Assembly: GCA_025839675.1 (NCBI GenBank)
Contig: CP104013.1
Coordinates: 5,040,001 to 5,072,000 of the forward strand
Origin: Candidatus Lokiarchaeum ossiferum
GTDB taxonomy: Archaea > Asgardarchaeota > Lokiarchaeia > Sigyniarchaeales > Promethearchaeaceae
DNA length: 32,000 bases
Reading direction: 5' to 3'
Below the pieces are notes generated by a model, which was given only the letters and a program-made list of their open reading frames with translations, ran no database searches and had not been told where the DNA came from. Positions 1-8,442 of this stretch are shown one piece after another. The translations under genes and the position numbers were made by a program. Position 1 is the first letter of the stretch. The number at the start of each line of letters is the position of its first letter.

Positions 1-1
1 A

Positions 2-667
2 AGTCTATTCTATGGTTATGTCTCTTCTTTTGATCGAATAATTATCATGGTAATTATAATTTATTATATATTATTTCTGGAAAACATAAATGTAAAAATT
101 TTTATTAGGAAAATCGACGTCATCATATCAAGAATATTCAGTAAATTTCAACAGAAATGGAATGAAATTTTTAAAAAAAGATATGATGAAAAAAAAATAA
201 AAAACATACGTTACACACAATATTTTGCTATTTGTCTCTTATTGATGTTATTTACAAATATGTTATATATTCAAAATAGACCTTATTCTGATGCTCAATA
301 TGAATCTATTAATTGGATTGCTTCACATACTCCAAGTGACTCAACTATCATAACAAATCATAAATTTAATTATTTAGTTGAAGCACTTTCTTCAAGGAAT
401 AGCACATATTATTGTCGTGATTTATTTAATAATGAAACTGATGAAAACCAACGAATAGAAGATTATTTAAACCTTTATGTAAGCAATGGAACCTTATTTC
501 TCCTTCTTGATATAAATCCTTATTATAATTTCCTGCTTGAGACAAGAAATCATACTCGAATTGGTTTAAATGTTATAATACCAATAATTGAGAATTCAAC
601 TTACTTTCAGCTATTATATAACCAATCAGAAATTCTCATATATTATTTAAATTATAGTTTTTTTTAA
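2..667 (+). CDS. C-terminal part (5'-truncated by window edge) of a multi-pass membrane protein with a sequon-rich extracytoplasmic tail; possible GT-C-type paralog
   Basis: The frame is open from position 2, with no stop upstream of the ATG at 47 (reads SLFYGYVSSFDRIIIMVIII...). The 206-aa ORF-track entry is therefore probably the tail of a longer protein. It has two hydrophobic helices (IIIMVIIIYYILF and YFAICLLLMLFTNMLYI) separated by a K/R-rich loop, then a ~130-aa hydrophilic tail with 7 N-x-S/T sequons. The C-terminus of the 725-aa protein at 15728..17905 has the same layout. Confidence 0.45.
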   Translation, partial: SLFYGYVSSFDRIIIMVIIIYYILFLENINVKIFIRKIDVIISRIFSKFQQKWNEIFKKRYDEKKIKNIRYTQYFAICLLLMLFTNMLYIQNRPYSDAQYESINWIASHTPSDSTIITNHKFNYLVEALSSRNSTYYCRDLFNNETDENQRIEDYLNLYVSNGTLFLLLDINPYYNFLLETRNHTRIGLNVIIPIIENSTYFQLLYNQSEILIYYLNYSFF

Positions 668-695
668 TTAATGGCACAGATAAAAGGTTTAATAA

Positions 696-1841
696 ATGAG
701 TTTAATAAATTTTCTCTTTTGTGGTGATGTTGCACCAATTAGAAGGTACAGTAATATCTCTGATGATCAAAGTATAAAACTATTTTCAGATGTCAAAGAA
801 TTACTCGATCAAAGTGATTTTTCTCTATTAAATTTGGAGAGTCCTTTAACTGATAAAAAACAAAAATTGAAAAAAAGTGGCCCTAACATTTCAGCAAGTC
901 CTACTTTTTCCAGTACTCTCAATAAAATTGGTTTTAATGCTGTTGGATTAGCAAATAATCATATAATGGATATGGGAGAAAATGGTCTAATAGATACTAT
1001 GGACTCATTGAAAAAAAATGAAATTTCATATTGTGGGGCAGGAAGAAATATTGAAGAAGCACAGAAATTATTAATACTCGAGAAAAATGGATTAAAAATT
1101 GGAATTATTGCTATTGCAGAAATTGAATTCAACGTGGCTAGCGGTAAAAAAGCAGGCGCTGCTCCATTAAATGCTATTACCAATTTCTATCAGATTGAAA
1201 AGGCTAAAAGTGAAGTGGATATTGTAATCATTTCTTTACATGGGGGAAATGAATTTTTTCCATATCCACGACCAAATTTAAGAAAGATTTGCCAATTTTT
1301 TATAGATTTGGGCGTTGAAGCTGTAATATGTCATCATTCTCACATTGCTGGGGCTTATGAAATGCATAAATCAAAACCTATAATATATAGTCTTGGTAAT
1401 TTTTTATTTGATGATGCAAGAAATGAAGATAGTTTTTGGAATTATGGTTATATGGTCATGTTGAAAATTGATCCAATTAATAAAATTGTTGAATCAATGG
1501 AAATTATTCCGTATCATCAATCAATTTCAAATCCAGGAATAAAATTGCTACACGATGAAAAGAAAAAAGTCTTTATGAGAAAATTACTTGCATTAAATAG
1601 TAACCTTCTGGATTCCAGAAAATATACTAAAATATGGAAAAATTTTTGCATGAAGTCAGAAAATAATGTACTTTCATTACAATATTTACCTACAAATTTC
1701 TTTGGAATTTCAACATTGGCAAAATGTATTCCAATTTCACGATTTTTAGTATCAAAAAGAGAAATACCAACAAAACTGAATCTCATAAGATGTGATTCAC
1801 ACAGAGAATTATTAATTTCAGTTTTAGAACAAAAAATGTAA
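696..1841 (+). CDS. CapA/PGA_cap family metallophosphoesterase (capsule-synthesis-protein-like), no N-terminal membrane anchor
   Basis: 381-aa ORF carrying the ordered CapA/calcineurin-like motif series FCGDV, LLNLESPL, GLANNHIMDMGENG, CGAGRN, SLHGGNEF, ICHHSHI and YSLGNFLFD. Confidence 0.8.
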   Translation: MSLINFLFCGDVAPIRRYSNISDDQSIKLFSDVKELLDQSDFSLLNLESPLTDKKQKLKKSGPNISASPTFSSTLNKIGFNAVGLANNHIMDMGENGLIDTMDSLKKNEISYCGAGRNIEEAQKLLILEKNGLKIGIIAIAEIEFNVASGKKAGAAPLNAITNFYQIEKAKSEVDIVIISLHGGNEFFPYPRPNLRKICQFFIDLGVEAVICHHSHIAGAYEMHKSKPIIYSLGNFLFDDARNEDSFWNYGYMVMLKIDPINKIVESMEIIPYHQSISNPGIKLLHDEKKKVFMRKLLALNSNLLDSRKYTKIWKNFCMKSENNVLSLQYLPTNFFGISTLAKCIPISRFLVSKREIPTKLNLIRCDSHRELLISVLEQKM

Positions 1842-1903
1842 ACACCTTTTTTATTTAAAAGTTAAAGGTTATTCTTCAGTAATCAAAATACTTACTCCTT
1901 TTT

Positions 1904-2364
1904 CTAAAACTCAAGCTTGCAGTTTCCGGGTGTAAGAATGTTATGTGGGAATCAAAAATCACCATAATTTCCATTTGGACCATTTTTTTTGTTACTTTCT
2001 AAGAAGCGGCTAAATCCATCTATGTGTTTGTTTATTAAAGTATAAATTACTTTTTTTCCATTTAAGATATTTTGTCCACTACGACTATGAATTCCCTTGG
2101 ATGATCTTCTTACCATTCCACCAATTCCAAATCTCCTCCATTGTTAATTGGATCTGATTATAACGTAATCTCAACGAATGGACTTATTCCCCAAAGAAAA
2201 CTTATGAATATATGGGGTAGTATTGATGGAAATAATCTACAGTATTCATCAAACGAAGTTTTTTTAATGAATAATCTGGAATCACATATAGAATTCTCTG
2301 ATAATCGTTCAAGACTGTTGGTTTTATGAAAACCAAAATTATTTTGTAATTTAACTATTTTGAA
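1904..2364 (-). pseudogene. Possible decayed gene remnant (frame-broken; weak sulfotransferase-like resemblance)
   Basis: My manual minus-strand translation gives three consecutive open segments in three different frames. They are FKIVKLQNNFGFHKTNSLERLSENSICDSRLFIKKTSFDEYCRLFPSILPHIF...ITL*, then QWRRFGIGGMVRRSSKGIHSRSGQNILNGKKVIYTLINKHIDGFSRFLESNKKNGPNGNYGDF*, then FPHNILTPGNCKLEF*. The first segment has no start codon. This 640-bp gap is otherwise unassigned. Confidence 0.25.
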
Positions 2365-2484
2365 TTACAATTCAGAATGAATACCTAACATCCACTCGAA
2401 TGTGCATACAAAAGGATGTTCACTCGAAAAGGAAATTAAAAAAAATATTTTCAAGATTACTATCTACTCAAACATTGTTCTTAA

Positions 2485-3426
2485 TTATGTTATATTTATT
2501 ATACTTCTTAGAGTTTTTAATAACATATATCCAAATTTTCCTGATCTAATAAGAATTATATATAAAATTGATCTGAAATCTTTTATCATCACATTTTTAA
2601 TCATCATTATAGATTTTTGTATATAACCACTTGAAAAATAAAAAAAAGCTATTTGAACTTTTTTTTTTTCATACAAATGATATATTCTATAAACATTTTG
2701 ATACTTTTCAAGAATATATTCAAGTTCTTTAAGATTGTTTACAATATTTTTTTTACTTAAATTATTTTCATGTATATCATATTTGAATAATACTTCATTT
2801 ACCTTTACAAATTGAAATCCTTTTCTTGCAATTCTAATCCAAAAATCTTTATCATCAGTAATTTTTAGTTTTTCATCAAAAAGTCCAATTATATTAATTA
2901 TTTTTCTTGAAATTATAACACTACTTGAACTTTGGATTGTATTTTCGAATAATAATTTTGGTAACATCTCATTGAACAATTTTGTGCGCATAATTTTTTT
3001 TTTTTTTCTAAAATGATCAATACCAATTGCATCACAACTTACTAAACCAATTTTTGAATTAGAAAGTAGAGGAATTTGCATTTCTAATTTATTTGGTTTC
3101 CAAATATCGTCATGATCCAAAAAAGCAATAATAGAACCAACAGATTTTTTTATTCCATAATTTTTTGGTCTTGAAGGTCCACCAGAGTTTTCAATATAAT
3201 AATATTTTATTCTAGAATCTCGTTTTTTTAAATTGTTTATTAAAAGTGGAGTGTTATCCGTTGAACCATCGTCAACAATTATTAATTCGAGGTTTTTATG
3301 AGTTTGACGTAAAACGCTTTTAATTGTCTTATGAATTAAATTACCCCTATTGTATGTAGGTATAATTACTGAAACTTTCGTCTTTTCTACATCAATCAAT
3401 AAATCTCTCATTATTATGTAATTCAA
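2485..3426 (-). CDS. Glycosyltransferase family 2 (GT-A fold)
   Basis: 313-aa ORF. N-terminus reads VSVIIPTYNRGNLIHKTIKSVLRQTHKNLELIIVDDGSTDNT, and the DxD region reads AFLDHDDIW. Confidence 0.85.
   Translation of the reverse strand: MNYIIMRDLLIDVEKTKVSVIIPTYNRGNLIHKTIKSVLRQTHKNLELIIVDDGSTDNTPLLINNLKKRDSRIKYYYIENSGGPSRPKNYGIKKSVGSIIAFLDHDDIWKPNKLEMQIPLLSNSKIGLVSCDAIGIDHFRKKKKIMRTKLFNEMLPKLLFENTIQSSSSVIISRKIINIIGLFDEKLKITDDKDFWIRIARKGFQFVKVNEVLFKYDIHENNLSKKNIVNNLKELEYILEKYQNVYRIYHLYEKKKVQIAFFYFSSGYIQKSIMMIKNVMIKDFRSILYIILIRSGKFGYMLLKTLRSIINIT
2994..3007 (-). repeat. A14 homopolymer (T14 on + strand) inside the GT2 coding sequence, encoding RKKKKI
   Basis: Counted directly. The T run spans 2994-3007, and the coding strand reads aga aaa aaa aaa aaa att. 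Confidence 0.95.
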
Positions 3427-3628
3427 GAATTTAATACCTTTAAAACTTAGTTTTCAATTCCAAAATAAAATAAGAAATGAAACTATTTGTGTAAAAGTAA
3501 TAAAGACCTAATAATCAAAGGAATCAGTTTGATTTTTCAATTGAAAGAGTTAATGGTCAATTTTTTGAAAAAAGTATGAATAAAGAAACTCTTTCATATC
3601 TTTTTTCAGAAAAAAAAAACACATTAAA

Positions 3629-5071
3629 TTATTTTCTCTCCTTAATTTGCACAATTATAAGTTTAACAATTTCAATTATCGTTTTTCTCTTAATGAAGAA
3701 AACTACTAATGCACACAAAAGGTATAAAATGAAATCTAATGGAGATTCAAAAAATCTTGCTGTGATTATAAATGAAAAAATAATTCCGATTTCTACAATA
3801 AAATTCTCATTTTTTCTTTTTAAATTTAGATTTCTTTTAAGATATATTTCAGACGAATAACATCTCCACCCTAATGCAATAAATGTGCACCAAGCAATAA
3901 CTTCAATTCTTCTATAGAAATAGAAGAATGAAAAACCGATAATGCAAAACAATATTACAGATAGTAAATTAGCATAAAGCAAAGCTCGTTCTTTTCTCAA
4001 TCTTTTAAGATATGTATTAATAAGTATTTGCATTTTGCTCTGAAACGCTATTATTGGGAAAATTATATACAAATAGTTCAAAACTGGAATATATTGAATT
4101 AAGTAGTTGTTTATTATCCATTTTATTGGATAGTAAGAAAATAATAGAACTGTAATAATTGAAGTCGAGAGAATATTTAATTTATTGAAATAATCAGCCA
4201 AAAATTCTATTTTTATTCTACATATCATTGGATATATTACTAAACTTATCGCTGAAACGAAAACTATAACAATACTTGCGCTATTGTTTGCAAAGGAATA
4301 AAGTCCAAATTCTGAAACGCTTTGAAATCTTTCAACTATAATTTTGCCTAAACCCATTAATAACATTCCTAAAAAATTTGATATCATTAGAATACTTCCT
4401 ACTTTAATATTTATCCAAGATTCCTTTATTCCTTGTTTTAATGGTATCTGCTTTCCAAATACTGTATCTCTACATAAGTATAAACTAATTGCTAATATTA
4501 CAAGTTTTACTGAAAAGTCTGCTATGATAAGAGTTCTGAAATTTATTTTTTCTATAAAAATTAAAAAAATAACAGAAAAAAACAACAGAAATCCATTCAA
4601 AAATGTCAAAAAGGAATAATTTCTAAATTTATTTGTAACTTGGAAAATCATAACGAAAATATTATAGACACCAAGAACTACATTTAATGCAGCAAAAAAT
4701 AAGGAAAATTTCTTTTCAACATCCTCTAACACGAATAAAATGAGTAGAAAAAGAATTAAAGTAAAGAAGAGTAGAATGAATAATAAAATTCTAAAAATGC
4801 TTCGAAATATTTCTTTTGGCAAATCCTCATAGTCATAATGACCATACCTTAAATAAATACCATCTAAAAGCCCCAAATGAAAAATTCCAGCGTAACTTGC
4901 ATAAAATAAATAAATATTCCAATAACCAAATTGCTCAACACCTAAAATTTTTGGTATAAAAAATGACATTATCAACGAGAAAAACAATGAGAAAAACTGA
5001 GAAATTAATACAAAAATTGTGTTTTTTAACCCGGTATTGATCAAATTTTCTTTTCTTTTCATTTTACTCAC
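3629..5071 (-). CDS. Oligo/polysaccharide flippase, MOP/Wzx-like (AglR-like if archaeal)
   Basis: 480-aa protein that is hydrophobic throughout, with roughly 12 or more helices. The N-terminus LKNTIFVLISQFFSLFFSLIMSFFIPKILGVEQFGYWNIYLFYASYAGIFHLGLLDGIYLRYG resembles the Wzx/polysaccharide-biosynthesis-protein N-terminal pattern. Confidence 0.65.
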   Translation of the reverse strand: MSKMKRKENLINTGLKNTIFVLISQFFSLFFSLIMSFFIPKILGVEQFGYWNIYLFYASYAGIFHLGLLDGIYLRYGHYDYEDLPKEIFRSIFRILLFILLFFTLILFLLILFVLEDVEKKFSLFFAALNVVLGVYNIFVMIFQVTNKFRNYSFLTFLNGFLLFFSVIFLIFIEKINFRTLIIADFSVKLVILAISLYLCRDTVFGKQIPLKQGIKESWINIKVGSILMISNFLGMLLMGLGKIIVERFQSVSEFGLYSFANNSASIVIVFVSAISLVIYPMICRIKIEFLADYFNKLNILSTSIITVLLFSYYPIKWIINNYLIQYIPVLNYLYIIFPIIAFQSKMQILINTYLKRLRKERALLYANLLSVILFCIIGFSFFYFYRRIEVIAWCTFIALGWRCYSSEIYLKRNLNLKRKNENFIVEIGIIFSFIITARFFESPLDFILYLLCALVVFFIKRKTIIEIVKLIIVQIKERK

Positions 5072-5265
5072 GCTTATATATGAATATAAATTGATTATAC
5101 TTAATCAAATTTACGTTTCAAATTGTAAAATTATCTAAAAATCCATTATGGACAAAATTGAAATATCTATTCAAACTTGAGATCGTTTTTTTTAAACCAG
5201 AATTTTAGTGTAAAATTTTTTTTAAGAAAAAAAACTATATCATTTACTATGCATTACTAAATTTA

Positions 5266-6231
5266 ATGAAAAAGGAAGGCAGTTTTAAGAAAATTAAAAA
5301 TAAAGTTCTAATAATTGGAGGATTAGGTTTTATTGGCAGTAATATGATCGATGAGCTTCTTAATAATGAGCAATATGAAATTCTTGTTTTTGAGTTTTCA
5401 GGTGTCACTATTAGAAATCCAAAAATTATTGGGAAAGTTAAGATCTATTATGGAGACTTTACAAATAAAAATGATTTAGAAAAAGTTTTTAGTGAAAATT
5501 TAGATATTTTTCTTGTAATACACTCATTAAGCACTACGGATCCTGCAAAATCAAATGATAATATGGAATATGATATAAAATCAAACTTAATTTCCTCAAT
5601 TAACTTGTTAGAATTAATGAAAAAATACTTAATCCCAAAAATTTACTTTTTTTCATCAGGAGGGACTGTATATGGTAGGAACCTCCCTAAAAAAGTTAAA
5701 GAAGAAAATGAAAAAAACCCAATTTGTTCCTATGGAATTATCAAACTCACTATTGAAAAGTACATTACTTTATTTCACCAACTTTATGGTCTTGAATACA
5801 TAATATTTAGGCTTTCAAACCCATATGGTATGTATCATAATTCTGATAGACAAGGATTGATAAACGTAATTCTAAAGAAGATCCTTAAAAAAGAAATTGT
5901 AGAAATTTGGGGTGATGGAGAAATCGTTAGGGATTACATTTATATCCAAGATCTCGTAAAGATTGTTTCAAGTTTTATTGAATCTGATATTAAAAATGAA
6001 ATATTCAACCTTGGATCTGGAGATGGGTACTCGATAAATCAAATAATAGATATAATTACAAACATAGTTGGTCCATTTGAATTGAAATACTCTATGAAAA
6101 GAAATTTTGATATCAAAAATATTGTTCTAAATAATGAAAAAATAAAAACTTATTATCATTATAAATTAACTCCAATTCATGAAGGGATAATGGAAACATA
6201 TAAATGGTTAAAAAAAATGGAAACAAGATAA
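5266..6231 (+). CDS. NAD-dependent sugar-nucleotide epimerase/dehydratase (extended SDR, GalE-like)
   Basis: 321 aa. Rossmann motif VLIIGGLGFIGSN, a SSGGTVYG segment, and a catalytic YxxxK (SYGIIKL). Confidence 0.75.
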   Translation: MKKEGSFKKIKNKVLIIGGLGFIGSNMIDELLNNEQYEILVFEFSGVTIRNPKIIGKVKIYYGDFTNKNDLEKVFSENLDIFLVIHSLSTTDPAKSNDNMEYDIKSNLISSINLLELMKKYLIPKIYFFSSGGTVYGRNLPKKVKEENEKNPICSYGIIKLTIEKYITLFHQLYGLEYIIFRLSNPYGMYHNSDRQGLINVILKKILKKEIVEIWGDGEIVRDYIYIQDLVKIVSSFIESDIKNEIFNLGSGDGYSINQIIDIITNIVGPFELKYSMKRNFDIKNIVLNNEKIKTYYHYKLTPIHEGIMETYKWLKKMETR

Positions 6232-6448
6232 AATGAATTTCAGTTTTTATATCAAATTTAATAAAACTTGATTAATACTCCGAAATTCTTTGGAAGTTCC
6301 ATATCAATATTCACTTTATTGGGAGATTTCGCAATTTTAAAATTAGCTTTCCCCCAAATCTAAATTTTGATTTTTTTTTATTTTTAACAAACAAAATTTT
6401 TAAAGCATTTAAAATTCTGTTAAATTATAAGCAAAATAGGTTAAATCA

Positions 6449-7390
6449 ATGAAGATATTAATAACTGGTGGGACTGGATTTATTGGAACGAACTTGTCAA
6501 ATGAACTTAGATCTCGTGGACATGAAGTAATAACAGCGGATTTAACTCATAGCCCAGAGACCAAACGAACGCATTATAAATGTGATATTGCAGAATATAG
6601 GCATTTAGAACGTATTTTTGAAGCAAATGAATTTGATTTTGTTTTTAATCTTGCTGCTGAATATGGAAGGTGGAATGGTGAAGATTACTATGATATGTTA
6701 TGGAGAACTAATTGCGTGGGAATGAAGAACATCTTAACTTTTCAGAAGAAGCATAAATTCAAGCTTACTACATTCAGTAGTGCAGAAGTATATGGGGATT
6801 ATAGAGATGTTATGGCAGAAGATGTAATGGATAAAATCCCAATTAAACAAATGAATGATTATGCAATTTCAAAATGGGCAAATGAACTACAATGTTTAAA
6901 TGCAGCGGAAATGTGGGGTAATGAAATTGTTCGTATCCGTCCTGTAAATTGCTATGGTCCACACGAAGAATATAGTCCTTATAGGGGTGTGATTCCCATA
7001 TTGGTTTACCACGGTATGTTCAACCTTCCAGCTACTGTTTATAATGGTCATAAACGAATTTTTGATTATGTTTCTGATACAGTTCGGACTGTAGCCAATA
7101 CTACAGAAAATTTTATTCCAGGCGAAGTATACAATATTGCGGCCAAAAAAGAAGTAGATATCAAATATATCTCGGATCTTATCGTAGAAAACTTGGGGAT
7201 TGCAGATTCACACATAACTTATAAAGGTGCTGAGCCATTCACAACAATGGTTAAACCCATTGACTGTTCGAAGGCCTATAGAGATTTGGGGCATAAAATT
7301 GAAATTCCAGTAGATAAAGGGATTCCTCTTTATATTGAATGGATGAAAAAAAATTACCCTGATTATATCAACCATATAAAAACAAAATAA
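6449..7390 (+). CDS. NAD-dependent sugar-nucleotide epimerase/dehydratase (extended SDR)
   Basis: 313 aa. Contains MKILITGGTGFIGTNL, SSAEVYGD and YAISK (YxxxK). Confidence 0.75.
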   Translation: MKILITGGTGFIGTNLSNELRSRGHEVITADLTHSPETKRTHYKCDIAEYRHLERIFEANEFDFVFNLAAEYGRWNGEDYYDMLWRTNCVGMKNILTFQKKHKFKLTTFSSAEVYGDYRDVMAEDVMDKIPIKQMNDYAISKWANELQCLNAAEMWGNEIVRIRPVNCYGPHEEYSPYRGVIPILVYHGMFNLPATVYNGHKRIFDYVSDTVRTVANTTENFIPGEVYNIAAKKEVDIKYISDLIVENLGIADSHITYKGAEPFTTMVKPIDCSKAYRDLGHKIEIPVDKGIPLYIEWMKKNYPDYINHIKTK

Positions 7391-7393
7391 ACC

Positions 7394-8437
7394 GTGATTA
7401 CTATGGAAGAATACTTAAAACATTATAGTAGCAAAAGAATCATTGTGACAGGTGGAGCTGGTGCAATCGGTTCCAATTTAATTAGGAAACTTTTGGAGTT
7501 AGACGCGTTTGTGATAGTTGTTGATGATCTTTCTTCAGGTTATAAATGGAACTTGCCTCAAGATTCTCAAAATATGCTTTTTATCGAAGGGGATATTTCT
7601 GATGATATAATTTTAAAGCGATTGTTCAATGAAAAACCGGATATGTTGTTTCATTTAGCTGCCTTCTTTGCGAATCAAAATTCTGTTGACTATCCAGAAA
7701 AAGATTTAAACACAAATGGTTTTGGAACTTTAAAATTATTAGAATATTCTGCAATATACGGAAAGTTAGAAAGATTTGTTTATGCATCTTCTGGCTGTTC
7801 AATTTATCCTTCAAACGCAGAAATGCCCTATAAAGAAGAATTGACTAATATGTATATGACTACTCCTTATCAGATTACAAAAATGCTTGGAGAATTATAT
7901 TGTAATTATTATTTTAAAATTCAAAAAGTACCTACCGTAAAAGCACGCTTTTTTAATTCCTTTGGTCCTGGAGAAGTACCTGGTCAATATAGAAATGTTA
8001 TTCCAAATTTTATTTATTGGGCAAAATTGGGCTTACCACTACCAATTACGGGAACTGGGGAAGAAACGCGAGATTTTACTTTTGTTGGTGATATTGTTGA
8101 TGGGTTAATTAGAATGGGTTATTATGAAGAGGCTATCGGTCAAGAAATGAATTTAGCTGCAGGTCGTGAAGTTAAAATTAAAGATTTAGCCGAACTTGTG
8201 AATACTGCTGCAAATAATGAAGCGGGGATTAAATTTCTGCCGAGAAGGAATTGGGATGCAAAAAGTAGAATGCTTGCTTCAAATGAAAAAGCAAAATCGA
8301 TGATTAATTTCACTGCTAATCCAAATTTTTCTGAATGTCTTTCCCTCGCAGTTGATTGGTTCGATGAAAATTGGGATCAAATTGTCGAATCTGCTGATTT
8401 TCCACCCGGTACTTCATCTGCAGTGAGAGGAAAATAA
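7394..8437 (+). CDS. NAD-dependent sugar-nucleotide epimerase/dehydratase (extended SDR)
   Basis: 347 aa. Contains IIVTGGAGAIGSNL, DDLSSG and YQITK (YxxxK). The GTG at 7394 lies 3 nt after the upstream stop, and an ATG at 7403 is an alternative start. The two genes are likely translationally coupled. Confidence 0.75.
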   Translation: MITMEEYLKHYSSKRIIVTGGAGAIGSNLIRKLLELDAFVIVVDDLSSGYKWNLPQDSQNMLFIEGDISDDIILKRLFNEKPDMLFHLAAFFANQNSVDYPEKDLNTNGFGTLKLLEYSAIYGKLERFVYASSGCSIYPSNAEMPYKEELTNMYMTTPYQITKMLGELYCNYYFKIQKVPTVKARFFNSFGPGEVPGQYRNVIPNFIYWAKLGLPLPITGTGEETRDFTFVGDIVDGLIRMGYYEEAIGQEMNLAAGREVKIKDLAELVNTAANNEAGIKFLPRRNWDAKSRMLASNEKAKSMINFTANPNFSECLSLAVDWFDENWDQIVESADFPPGTSSAVRGK

Positions 8438-8442
8438 AAAAA

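Noticed and set aside
2141-3860. The plus-strand ORFs 2141-2329 (62 aa), 2402-2626 (74 aa) and 3576-3860 (94 aa) as possible small genes.
   Set aside because: ORF 2141-2329 is antisense to the frame-broken remnant described in the findings. ORFs 2402-2626 and 3576-3860 overlap the 3' ends of the GT2 and flippase genes on the opposite strand. All three give hydrophobic or low-complexity sequence with no motifs.
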